From the human T2T-CHM13v2.0 reference genome, Homo sapiens, in the NCBI RefSeq assembly GCF_009914755.1, contig NC_060926.1: a stretch of DNA of 64,000 nucleotides, one strand, 5' to 3'. The position numbers and the translations under genes are program-made. Each line of letters starts with the position of its first letter. Within the stretch, counting starts at the first letter, position 1. Shown here one piece after another: positions 31,751 through 57,884 of this stretch. Under the pieces are notes generated by a model. The model was given only the letters and a program-made list of their open reading frames with translations, did no database searches and had not been told where the DNA came from.

Positions 31751-31973
31751 CAAAACTTGGTCTTTTCTGTATCTATTTTTCCTCCTATCCTGGATCTTGT
31801 ATTACTCAGGTTTAAAATTGGATACATTTGCTCAGTGTTGCATACTTGGTGAATATCTGGAATCAAACAAACACAGACAAGTTTAAAAGGTGTGAGCGTT
31901 TTTACTGTGATTAATTTTAGTATAGCCAAATGTAAAGCCACAGTTACAGTTTACCTTTTTTTCTGCATCGTAG

Positions 31974-32034
31974 GAATAGACTTCAAGATCAAAACAGTTG
32001 AATTACAAGGAAAGAAGATCAAGCTACAGATATG
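31974..32034 (+). CDS. RAB10: RAB10 exon 2 (61 bp, phase 1-2): (G)[19 protein letters not shown](W)
   Basis: Acceptor ttaccttttttttctgcatcgtag|G, donor ATATG|gtaagt. Translation matches Rab10 switch I/interswitch and joins in frame to the next exon. Confidence 0.98.
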
Positions 32035-32597
32035 GTAAGTGATGCTAATTTACTTTATGTAGCAGAATGTCAGGTTCCTTAAGGTTTCACAGTGAAATTC
32101 TTTTTTGTCACAGGTTTAGATTCTGTGAGACTTTTGTTTTTAAAGCAGGCAGTCAGGTGACCTTTTTGTGCAGTAAAAACCATTGCATGGACTTAAGTCC
32201 ATGAGATCTAATAATCTTTTCTACTTACCGTGTGAACTGAGGCAGATTATATACTCATTATTAGGCTTTTTATCTTCATATGTAAAGGGAGATAGTAACA
32301 CCCGTCTCAATGGATTGTTACAAGGATTACATGAAATAATATATGCAAAGTTTTTAGTGAAATGCATTGCGAAAATGTTTGTTTTCTTTAATATGTTTTT
32401 AACTTTTTATGGGCATTATTTTTATTAGTTTGTGTTAGGTTTGCCTGAAGAAGTACAAACCTTTGAATTTGTATTTGTCTGAGTCATAGAATTTAGAATT
32501 ATAATGGCAATATTTTCCAGCAAATGTGTTTTATGTGTATTATGTATATTAACCCATTAATTACTAAAAAGGACCCTGTGAAATCTGTTACTCCTTT

Positions 32598-33158
<561 letters not shown>

Positions 33159-34601
33159 AATTTTTTTTTAACATTCTAGATCCCATTTTCATTTATGTAT
33201 TTCAAACTTTTATACTTTTCAACATGACTGTATCTACCCCGCAGAATGACCTAGCTCCTTGATTTTAAAGTATCCTTTTCCTGGGTCCTGTCCTGGGTCC
33301 TACCCGGACTCTGATTATACCATCCCCCACCAGTTGTTAAGGCAATCAATAGTTTATTTCAAATCAGGGAACAGGGTCCTTGCCTCACTATTTCTAGGCT
33401 TACTGATGATCTGTTGCCCAGGGCTAAAAATAGCCACAGCTGCTTGTTTATTGGTGACATTATTTTTAGGTTTGCATACACACATATGCCCAAGTCTAAT
33501 CCAGTCCAGCAGGTCAAATCCAATAAGCAAAAGAAGGTGTTAAATATCTGAAGGGACAATTAAACATTGTACATGTTCACAGTATCTTTTTATGTCACCA
33601 TAATACAGGTTTCTAAGCCTGCTTTCAAAACTACTCTCTTATCCTCTGCCATTAAAAAATTATTCCCTGACAGTCTACTTAGTAAGATCAAGTTTCTGAA
33701 ATTACAAGACAATGAGAATAGAATTGTCCTTACTTAAAGTAATAAATAGACAGCCAATAATTGCTGTGAAATCCTACTTTTCCCACTGACATTATAAAAA
33801 AGAAGTGATACGTTTCTAGGAATTAAAAAGGTATATTTCCTTAATTGTTAGTACCACACTTGGGGTTGGGGAAGCTGTGTACTCTGGCTGTTATTGTGAC
33901 AGTTATTTTTGGTCTGGGCACTGACAAAACCAGTACAGGCCAGAGGCATATCAATCTGCTCTGCAAGGCAGAGACCCCAGATTTCATAACCCTGTGTTTT
34001 TTGGTAACATAATGAAGTTATTCCTTACCTTATAAATTAGGATGTCAAATTTCTCATGTTGCATTTTATTTTAAGAAGACCTGGATGTCTTCAGAGATAA
34101 ACAATTTGTCTATACCCAAAATACCATGAACTTAAATTATGTTTGTCTTCATTCAAGGATTTTTTTTTTTTTTTCCCAAAAGTAGACAGCCTGACACCTG
34201 CCCTGTCAGAGCTCACACCCATAGGGACAGGAGCAAACAAGTAAATAAATATATCACAAATTGTGATAAATGCTAGCAAGGTGAATAGGGTAAAGTGTTG
34301 GAGAATGGGGTAAGGATGAGGGAGGAAGTGATCTAGATAGAATGATCAGGGAGGTCCTCTCTATAGAGGTGATGTTTAAGATGAGAAGTGAAATACGAAC
34401 AGTAAGCAACCAAAGTCATTTAGTCAATAAATGTTTGTTGAGTATGTATTTGCCAGGTGTTGGTGGTAGGAATATAAGCATAAATCGGACAGATAGGAGC
34501 CCTGCCTGCAAAAGCTTACATTTTAGTGGGGTAAGTCTAGATCTTACTATGCTTTTTACCATGTTGCCCAGGCTGGACCCTCTCCCTTTTCAGAGTCCTA
34601 G

Positions 34602-35474
34602 TTAATTCACTATATTTTTCTTGTATAAAAGCACTACATAGCAGCCACAGCTGGAGCCTGGGTCTTCTTCATGGAGACTCCGGTATGGATCTTACAAGAT
34701 GGTCAGTGAATTCCTGATAGGGAGACTCATTGAACGTGTTGTCTTTCTTGAGGTGTTGGGGATGAGATAGCTATAGGTCTTGAAGATAGTATTAAAGGTG
34801 ACCTTGGCAAAGGTGCCTAGGGTAGCAGTGTAGCTCCTGGTGGAGGTGTAGCAGTCATTGATAGGGGTCATCAGCAGCAGCTTTTGGGCACAGGGGCGGG
34901 CAGTGCTTCTAGGGACTGGGATGAGGCCACCAGCACAGAGCTGCAGTGGTTACCTGGCAAGGGACTGTGGGTCTTAATGATCTTGTTCCCCAGGTAGCTT
35001 CACTGCACATGGGAAATGGAGAGGTTGGCCAGTGAATGGTGGCCCTGCAGATGGCAGGGACTACTTCCTTGGAATACCTGACACACAGACTGATGTGACT
35101 CTTGTCCCTGACTGTGACAAATCCCTTGAACCTGGTCCACTGGCCAGCATAGGTCTCTTTTTGCATGGGCATAATCTTCAAAACCTCATCTTTGAGGACA
35201 TCCTTAGGAAAAAGTGAACGATCTCAGACTCCTTGATGGGCGGGGAGAATAGAGAGATTTCCTCCAGGAACTCGTCATGTCTTTGATCAGGTAACCCACC
35301 TTGGTGACAGAGAGCTATTCCTTGTCCTTGTCCTTGCCTCCTTGAGCTCCTAGGCCTCAGCAGCAACCCTGGCCCAGTCACCACTCCTGAAGCCTCCCAG
35401 TCTAGGGCCCCTAGTGCCTTCACACCCTCCCATGATAGTGGCAAGATCTGCCATTTGGTATTTTCTCTGAGAAG
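34602..35474 (-). pseudogene. RPS2P15: Processed ribosomal protein S2 (uS5) pseudogene, antisense in RAB10 intron 2
   Basis: Minus strand: 5'UTR-like ...ACCAAATGGC (ATG 35454-35452), then LEEISLFSPPIKESEIVHFFL, KIMPMQKETYAGQWTRFKGFV, TVPCQVT, SPYQEFTDHL, TQAPAVA, stop TAG 34636-34634 and RPS2-like 3'UTR TTTTATACAAGAAAAATATAGTGAATTAA. Intronless with many frameshifts. The RPS2 identity is clear from the sequence; the number P15 is from memory and unverified. Confidence 0.93.
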
Positions 35475-35735
35475 GCTTAATCTCTTTTCTTGCTCTGCTT
35501 TCTGTTTCCTTAACACTTAATAATTCTCTGACATTCCATAATGTTTTATTTATGTGTTTATCTTCAATAGGCAGGAATTTTTATTTCATTTACAGCTTTA
35601 TCTCTTGTGCCTGGAATAATGTCTAGTGTGTAGTACTTAATAATACTGGTAGAATGAAAGAATGGGATATTGTCTTATTTTCCAGGGCAGATCTATATAT
35701 TTTGAGATGAAATGAGCAAGTGACTGGGCTGTGAT

Positions 35736-36055
35736 TTTTTTTTTTCTTTTTTCTTTCTTTTTTTTTTTTTTTTTGAGACGGAGTCTCGCTCTGTCACCCA
35801 GGCTGGAGTGCAGTGGCGCTATCTCGGCTCACTGCAAGCTCTGCCTCCTGAGTTCATGCCATTCTCCTGCCTCAGCCTCCTGAGCAGCTGGGACTACAGG
35901 TGCCTGTCACCACGTCCAGCTAATTTTTTGTATTTTTAGTAGAGACGGGGTTTCACCGTGTTAACCAGTATGGTCTGGATCTCCTGACCTTGTGATCCGC
36001 CCACCTCGGCCTCCCAAAGTGCTGGGATTACAGGCGTGAGCCACTGCCCCTGGCC
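35736..36055 (-). mobile_element. AluY
   Basis: TSD ggctgtgatttt. Confidence 0.96.
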
Positions 36056-36894
36056 AGGCTGTGATTTTCTTAAGATTAAAAAGTCCAAGTCTTTCACTTA
36101 GCTAAACACCATTTTATTTTACTTACATAGAAATGGGCTACAGGCAAAGCCAGAGTTTTCCTTGTGAAGCAGCTTTGAGTACTGCGTAAGCACAGATAAA
36201 TATTAACTTGAGAGCTCTTAATACCATAGAGCATCTGTCTGCAAAGATGGTCTTGATTTAGAGCATTGTTAGGACATCTTAAAAACATAGAATGAAATTT
36301 TGAGTCTCACGTTGACATTATTGCAGCCTTGCATATTTTTATGGAAAATACTTCTTATTGTTCATTATCCCTCCTCATTGTTTATAAGTGAAAACAACAA
36401 CAACAACTACTAAGGTCCAAGGAAGCTAAGTACATTCAAGGTCACTAAGCTGGGAGGGGTAGAACCTGAGGATAAACTTAAGCCTGACCCCAAACCCATG
36501 TTCTGTGTATATTCTTGCATAATGCCCAACCTATAGTAGACATTCAGTTAATATTCGGATTGATGGATAAATGAATAGATGGCAGATATGTGAACATGCT
36601 AAGTGCATTTAAGATATGAAAAGATTTTGAGAAACCAGTCATATGCAGGTAGTGGGAACAGATCTTGCAGAAGCTCTTAGTAGGAACAAACTTACGAATT
36701 TAAAAATGGTTTCTAGTGATTGGGGAAAAGAGTACCTCAAAATGAGAGGGGCTGGAGAAGGGTTTAAACTACTGTAAGGCTTTGTAATCCCCAGAATAAA
36801 GAGTTTGGAATTGATTCTGGTTATAATGAGTTTTTATTGGAAGTTTTCTGTTTTTACTTTTATTTTTTTGGAAAGCCTAGTCATATTTTCAGTT

Positions 36895-38470
36895 TGTTTT
36901 ATAATGACTTTTTTATACATAATTCACATACCATACAATATACCCATTTAAAACAATTTAATAGTTTTTAGTATATTCACAAATTTGTACAACCATCGTT
37001 ACCATTTCAGAACATTTTTATCTCCCCTCCAAGGAAACCCCATACCTGTCACTCTTTATCCTCCCAATTCCCTGGCCAGGGAAACCACTGATCAACTTTG
37101 TCTGTATAAAATTTCTTTATGTGGACTTTTCAAATAGATGGAATCATATAATATATGGTCTTTTGTGACTAGTTTCTTTCACTTAGCATGAGGTTATCAG
37201 GGTCTGTCTGTGTTGTACATGAATCAGTACTTCATTCTTTTTTTTTAATGGCTGAATAATACTCCATTGTATGGATATACCACATTTTATTTATCCGTTC
37301 ATTAGTAATGGACCTTTCAGTTGTTCTGCTTTTTGGCTATTATGAATAATGTTGCTGTGAACATTCACGTCTACGTTTTTGTGTGGACGTACAAGTTTTC
37401 ATTTCTTTTGGTTATATGCCTAGAATTGTTGGATCATATGGTACCTCCATGTTGAACATTTTGAGGAACTACCTGACTGTTTTCTAACATGGCTGCATCA
37501 TTTTACATTGTCACCAACAGGGTATAAGGGTCCCAATTTCTCTACATCCTCACTAACGTATATTGTCGTTTGGGTCATAGCCATCCTGTGGTGGTGGGGA
37601 GCTAGGTTGGTATCTCATTATGGTTTTTATTTGCATTTCACTAATGACTAAGGATGTTGAGCATCTTAAGTGTTTATTGGCTATTTGTGTATCTTCTTTG
37701 GATAAATGCCTGTTTAGATCTTTTGCTGATTTTTAAGTTTGGTCATTTGTCCTTTTATTGTTGAGTTGTAAGTTATTTGTATATTCTGCATACCCAAGTC
37801 CCATATCAGATACACAAGTTTGCAAATAGTTTCTTCCATTCTGTGGGTTGTCTTTTCACCTTGTATTGTTCGCTGAAATACAAGTTTTTAATTTTCACGT
37901 CCCATTTACCTGTTTTTTCTTTTGTTGTTTGTGCTTTGGTGACATGTGTAAGAAACAGTTGTCAAATCCAAGATTTGAAGATGACCCCTATGTTTTCTTC
38001 TAAGAGTTTTTATAGTTCAGCTGTTGGATTTAGGTCTTGATCTGTTTTGAGGTAATTTTTTTTTTTTTTTTTTTGAGATGGAGTCTTGCTCTGTCGCCCA
38101 GGCTGGAATGCAGTGGCGCTATCTCGGCTCACTGCAAGCTCTGCCTCCTGGGTTCATGCCATTCTCCTGTCTCAGCCTCCTGAGTAGCTGGGACTACAGG
38201 TGCCCACCACCACGCCCGGCTAATTTTTTGTATTTTTATTAGAGTTGGGTTTTCACTGTGTTAGCCAGGATGGTCTCAGTCTCCTGACCTCGTGATCCAC
38301 CCGCCTCGGCCTCCCAAAGTCCTGGGATTACAGGCGTGAGCCACCGCGCCCTGCCATTTTGAGGTAATTTTTATATATGGTATGGGGTAGAGGTCCAACT
38401 TACTTCTTTTGCATGGATATATTCAGTTGTTCCAGCACCATTTGTTGGAAAGCCTGTTTTTTTTCCCCAA
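36895..38470 (-). mobile_element. L1MB-type 3' region with inserted AluY (38056-38355)
   Basis: taattcacataccatacaat...tttttaatggctgaataatactccattgtatggatatacc; Alu TSD ttttgaggtaattttt. Confidence 0.92.
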
Positions 38471-38687
38471 TGAAGATATTAGAAGTTTTAAGCAGAATAA
38501 TATGATCAAACATAATGTTTAAAGAAGATCACTCTGGCTGGTGTGTGGAGAACGGCAGTCCATCATCTCTGAATCTTAGAATGCCAACAAAAGGTATTGT
38601 TAACAAGCAGCCAGTGACTTAGAATGAAGACCAGAAACTTATCCAAAGAGTCATGAGAATAAAGTGTTACAAGAAGAGAATGCAGTC

Positions 38688-39011
<324 letters not shown>

Positions 39012-39026
39012 TTAGTGATTAAGATG

Positions 39027-39371
39027 CAGTCATACAGTGCATAATGATATTTTAGTCAGTGACTACATACACAATGGTTGTCTTATCAATATTGTAATAC
39101 CACATTTTTACTGTACCTTTTCTATGTTTCGACATATTTAGATACACAAATACTTATTGTGTTATAGTTGTCTACTGTATTCAATATAGTCACATGCTCT
39201 ACAGGTTTGTAGCCTGGGAGCAATATGCTATATACCACATAGTGCAGGTGTGTTGTAGGCTCTAATCATTTAGGTTTGTATAAGTACGCTCTATGATGTG
39301 TGCACAATGATGACATAGTCTAATGATGCATTTCTCAGAATATATCCCTGTCATTAATAGGTGGATGATAT
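39027..39371 (+). mobile_element. Tigger3a/MER7A-like non-autonomous DNA transposon
   Basis: cagtcat...tttttactgtaccttttctatgttt...caggtttgtagcct...ctaatgatgcatttctcagaa. Confidence 0.85.
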
Positions 39372-39529
39372 ATAAAGAGGAAATAGCTATTGGGTTTGGC
39401 ATCCAGGTTATTGGAGACCTTCTGAAAAGGAGTTTTGATAGAGTAATCAGTAATAGCAATCCTATTAGAATCAGTTAAGGACTGAAAGTGGGAAAACAGC
39501 AACTGGAGAAAACTCTTTAAAGAAATTTG

Positions 39530-42130
<2,601 letters not shown>

Positions 42131-42200
42131 ATATTAACTCGAAAGAGGAGCAGGGATAGTTGGAGAGATACAGGGTTGAGATTGGGGTCTTTTGCTTTAT

Positions 42201-42521
<321 letters not shown>

Positions 42522-43079
42522 TTATTTTTGCTTTTTTAAAAAAGATACTAAAACATGTTTGTAAGCTGATGAGATGATCCATAAAAGAGCAAAATGATGA
42601 TACAAATGAGAGGGCATAGTTACAGGAGCAAAATACATCTTACACCTTTGGCTTTAAGCATTAAATAATGGAAAATACTACTATTTACATTTCTGTCTTA
42701 TTATTTATAAGTGAGGTTATCTTTACAACTTTTGGTTAATGATTCTAAATGTAAATATGACTGTACTATGGTATAGTTCTCTAATGTTCTAAAAATCCTA
42801 CCTGCTTTTGTGTTACATTATGGAACTAAATTATTAAATAAAATGAAATTTTAAGAGTTTCTATGGTGTTTGCTAGTGCTTATTCAATAAACTTGAGTTT
42901 TATGTGTCACTTCCTACTGTTTTCCCTTTCAGATTTTCATCCAGTATGGGTAGGTTATTAATTTCCTTCAACTAAAAAGTTTTTATATATACTTAGGAAA
43001 AACTATTCTTGTTTTGTCCTTTATGTGAAATGTAGTAATATCAAAATGCTTAATAGAAATTATTGGCTGTTTATTTCAG

Positions 43080-43218
43080 GGATACAGCAGGCCAGGAGCG
43101 ATTTCACACCATCACAACCTCCTACTACAGAGGCGCAATGGGTATCATGCTAGTATATGACATCACCAATGGTAAAAGTTTTGAAAACATCAGCAAATGG
43201 CTTAGAAACATAGATGAG
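43080..43218 (+). CDS. RAB10: RAB10 exon 3 (139 bp, phase 2-0): (W)[46 protein letters not shown]
   Basis: Acceptor ttatttcag|G, donor GAG|gtaaga. G3 box WDTAGQE plus Rab10-type [13 protein letters not shown]. Thr73 (LRRK2 site) codon ACC at 43108-43110. Confidence 0.99.
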
Positions 43219-43366
43219 GTAAGACCTAGAACTTGTATAAACCCTTCATGAACACACATTTGTGTGCTTGGTTAGGAAGAATAAATATTCCAACTGATCT
43301 TCAGGATATAATGTACTGTTGAAGTCATTATTATTGAAGTATTTCTATTTTCTAAAAGTTAATGTT

Positions 43367-43714
<348 letters not shown>

Positions 43715-44029
43715 CTATCTAGAGCCCCATTCAAGACAATTAGTAAATTACTCCAAAACTCTGTATAGCCATCTTACAAGATGACCCCAAATAGAAGCTA
43801 CCAGTGATTTTACAATGATTTTCTGGAAATGAATTTTTTCTTAATAAATTTTTATTGAATGAATGAAATGTCCGGTAGTAATTTTTTAAAACTTTATTTT
43901 TCATGTTATAGAAATATAATATTGCTTCTAGGCATTTTGAAATATATGGAATACTAATATAGTAAAAACCTAACTAAGAAAATAGTTCCATTGCATGTGA
44001 AAATGTTGTTTTTTTTTCTGTATTTTGGG

Positions 44030-44317
44030 TTTTTTTGAGATAGAGTCTCACTTCATCACCCAGGCTGGAGTGCAGTGGCACAATCTTGGCTCACTGCAAT
44101 CTCTGCTTTCTGGGTTCAAGTGATTCTAGTGTCTTAGTGTCTTGAGTAGCTGGAATTACAGGTGTGCACCACCACACCCGGCTAATTTTGTATTTGTAGT
44201 AGAGATGGGGTCTCGCCATGTTGGCCAGGCTGGTCTTGAACTTCTGGCCTCAAGTGATCTGCCCACCTTGGCCTCCTGAAGTGCTAGGATTGCAGGCATG
44301 AGCCACTGCACCCAGCC
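44030..44317 (-). mobile_element. Alu
   Basis: Antisense Alu. Confidence 0.94.
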
Positions 44318-44618
44318 TGATGTTACTTTTTATAAGTTAAAATTATGTATCAAAGCATGTCTGTTTCTTTGCTACAGCATAGGTGGCTTCTTGTTAAGAG
44401 TTGTTTTTCATGCCTTATTGCTACCTTCTAGGCTTTGAGTTTTGTTAACAGTAACTCTTTGAAGCAAATTTTGGCCAGATACACAAAGACCAAGTCTTAA
44501 ACCAATATTAGACCCAAGATAATACCCCTAATGGTAGCAATCCTAAGGGCTCATTACCACTGTTTTGTTGCTACAATAAATCTTTGGGAGAAGCTTATTA
44601 TTTTTTAATAATTATTTA

Positions 44619-45840
<1,222 letters not shown>

Positions 45841-45924
45841 GACTTAAACATCTGACATGGTAGACTGGATGGTTTGTTTCCCAAGATAAACTGAGAAACA
45901 TACAACCCAGGTATCAAAAAGGAA

Positions 45925-46410
<486 letters not shown>

Positions 46411-46439
46411 GGAAATCTTGTTTCTCTGGTGTATTAAAG

Positions 46440-49080
<2,641 letters not shown>

Positions 49081-49115
49081 ACTGAATTGAGCTTTAATAC
49101 CTTTCCTTACAATTA

Positions 49116-50275
<1,160 letters not shown>

Positions 50276-50637
50276 CTTTGTATTTCTTTAGCAAAAGGAG
50301 ACAAATACAAGTTTTCTGTTCCTTGGAATAGAGATAAGAAGAATTTATATACTCTTAAATCTGTGTTTTCTGAAGCGTGTTCTACTTTTTAGTAGTATTA
50401 CTTGGCATATGACATTCTGTGGACAAATACGTTAAATAGGTATTTTTATTCAATTTTTATATGCTTTAGTGTGTTGCGAATGTCCAAGAGGGGGAGTTAT
50501 TATATGAAGGTTTTGAAACTTGTTGAGGTGAAACTTTACATCAAGGGACAACTCTTGGGATCAGTGTTTTTGAACTAGGCTGGGGATGCAGCGTAAACAA
50601 CATAAATGATCCCCTACTTAGTGTTAAGAGTTGGGAA

Positions 50638-50957
<320 letters not shown>

Positions 50958-51287
50958 GAGTTAGGAAGTACAAAGTTGTTAACATGTAAATAAAACAAGT
51001 ACCTAACTAACATAGCCTGGGAGGTGAGAGGAGCGACTTTAAACTGAGACCTGAGGAGATGAGAAGTTACCCAGATAAAGATGGGACTGATAAAAAAGTG
51101 CAGTGGATTCCAATTTAAGAGAGATCATATATGTTAATTTACTTTGGGTAACTGGGGAACATAACTACCTTGGCTATAGAGATATTTAGAGAAACGTACT
51201 TTGGACCAAATAACTTAGCTTAGGAAGGACAAATCCTTAGGAAACCCAAGTCTCAGATTATTTCTCTAATAGATATAAAAAGATGTT

Positions 51288-51715
51288 CTTTTTTTTTGAG
51301 ACGGAGTCTTGCTCTGTTGCCCAGGCTGGAGTGCAGTGGCGCAAATCTCAGCTCACTGCAAACTCCACCTCCCGGATTCAAGTGGTTCTCCTGCCTCAGC
51401 CTCCTGAGTAGCTGGGATTACAGGCGTGTGCCACCACGCCTGGCTAATTTTTGTAATTTTAGTAGAGACGGGGTTTCACCATGTTGGTCAGGCCAGTCTC
51501 GAACTCCTGACCTCATGGTCCGTCGTCCTCAGCCACCCAAAGTGCTGGGATTACAGGCGTGAGCTACCACGCCGGCCAAAAAGATGTTCTTTTAGCTCCA
51601 ATTTTTACAAAGTAACGTCCCCTCCTCCCCCTTTTTTTTGAGACCGGGTTTCACTGTTTCCCAGGCTGGAGTGCAGTGGTGTGAACACAGCCCACTGTAG
51701 CCCAGACCTCCCGGG
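51288..51715 (-). mobile_element. Alu (51288-51577) plus Alu fragment (~51632-51715)
   Basis: TSD aaaaagatgttctttt. Confidence 0.93.
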
Positions 51716-51929
51716 CAAATAAGTGCTTTAAAAAAAAACAAAGGCCGGGGGTGGGGTGGGGGTGGGGAATTAACAGGTTCTCATGTACCTAGTCAAATAT
51801 CAGAACAACTATGAGGCTTATATTTGTGAAATATATATTGGTTTCTGAATGGTTTCATTATTATTAAACTTCAACATCCTTTTAAAGTATTTGTTGTTTC
51901 TATTTAATGATAGACAGTGATCTCTAAAT

Positions 51930-52068
51930 CTGTGATTCTCAGTCAAGGACAGTTTTACATTTGTCAATATGTGGAGATATTTTTGGTTATCACAGCTTGG
52001 GTACAAGAAGAATGCTAACCCAGAATGCTGACCCAAAATGTCTGTATGGCCGAAGTTGAGAAACCTTG
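51930..52068 (+). mobile_element. MER20-like hAT fragment (internally deleted)
   Basis: tggagatatttttggttatcaca...cccaaaatgtc...gccgaagttgagaaacc. Confidence 0.75.
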
Positions 52069-52413
52069 GTCTAAATGCACCTCTCTGTATTAGTACCTTG
52101 GGAAAATTAACCATATTTTAAGCTAGTTACAGTCTGCATGTGTGATTCATAGAGATATGTGTCCTCCTGCATAAACATGTCTCTTTATGGATATGTCTGT
52201 GTGGTGCAACTACCAATCTTTCTTTGGGTGTTTTTGCCGTAAGTGGTTGTAAACACAATGCGTATCCGACTGAAAAAAGATTAATGTGCATGTTGGCATA
52301 AGAAAATGTATGAGAGAAGTTCTGTGTATTCTGAGTGCTGTTTTATTGGTCCCCTGGCTCAGCAGTGAAGTCTTTAACCTCATCATGCTTGCTGCTTATT
52401 GTTAGTAAGATCA

Positions 52414-53125
<712 letters not shown>

Positions 53126-53892
53126 AGGCTTACTTTCAAATATATTTTTGAGCTAGAATTATATTTATGCTCTGAAATGGTACACATGTATAAAGAATTA
53201 TACCTATTTCCTCACTAGCCCCAGAATACTGATGTGAGTTGGCGTGGAGGTGTAGTAGGTTGTAAATTGGTGGTCTGATTGCTAAAGCTTTTTTAAAAAA
53301 CAGGCTGAAAATATCTTAACACTTATAAATTTATATATAAGGTAATTTTCCCTTTTTTATACTTCATTGATCATTTATTTATTGGCTTCGGCTTCGTTCC
53401 ATCAGCCTGCTTGCACCTAACTTACAGGTGTTCTTAGTAGAACAGTGACTTCTAAAGCTACAGATAATTTATCTTCTCTTTGAGTGGAGGTTCATGTTAG
53501 TGGCTCTGGTAACTTGCAGTGTTTAGGATGTGGGTAGATTATTACAGGTCACTGTGATAATTTGTCCATTTAGCAGCTGGGAGCTTTTAAAACCATGCTT
53601 CTGTACTTCTTTGGGATCATGGACCCCTTTGAGAAATTAGAATCTTACCAGAATGATGTACTTATACAACTTGCAAAGTTTTATGTGTGCTCCTTGGAAT
53701 TATTGATGTCCCCGAAGTCCATCCTTAGATTCTGAGATCAAAATGCCTCTTACTTTTAGCACATGGCAGGATTTTAGGAGCACCTGGTATATTGCTGCTT
53801 ATTACTGGATATTTGCCAAGTTGCCTTTGTTTTAGCAGTAACATAAATTAAGAGGCACTAAATTCAGATAAGACCATGGAATCCCTAAATAG

Positions 53893-54541
<649 letters not shown>

Positions 54542-54624
54542 TGATTCTACTAAGGGTATCGTCCTTGCAACAAAAGAGTTGTTTCCTCCCTAATCCCACC
54601 TTTGTCTACCCCCTTTTAAACTGT

Positions 54625-57569
<2,945 letters not shown>

Positions 57570-57696
57570 TATGTTGTTTTAAATCAGCATATTTTATAAC
57601 TTTCCTAGTTTTTTTTTTTCTTATAGCTACAGGAAATGAAGTAACCGCAGCCATTTGGCAGTTTTGTTGCTGTTGTTTTTCTTATTGTTGTTGTTG

Positions 57697-57866
57697 CTTT
57701 TTTTTTTTTTTTTTTTTTGAGACAGGTTCTTGCTTTGTTGCCCTGGCTGGAGTGCAGTGGCAGTGATAATAGTTCACTCCAGCCTTGAGCTCTTGGGCTC
57801 AAGTGCTCCTCCTGCCTCAGCTTCTTAAAGTGTTGGGATTACAGGCATGAGCCCCCGTGCTCAGCC
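57697..57866 (-). mobile_element. Internally deleted Alu
   Basis: Right-arm start joined to left-arm end. Confidence 0.85.
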
Positions 57867-57884
57867 TATTGTTGTTTTTGAATA

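Noticed and set aside
43063-43251. ORF-track 62-aa protein as a standalone gene
   Set aside because: It is RAB10 exon 3 with intronic read-through on both sides.
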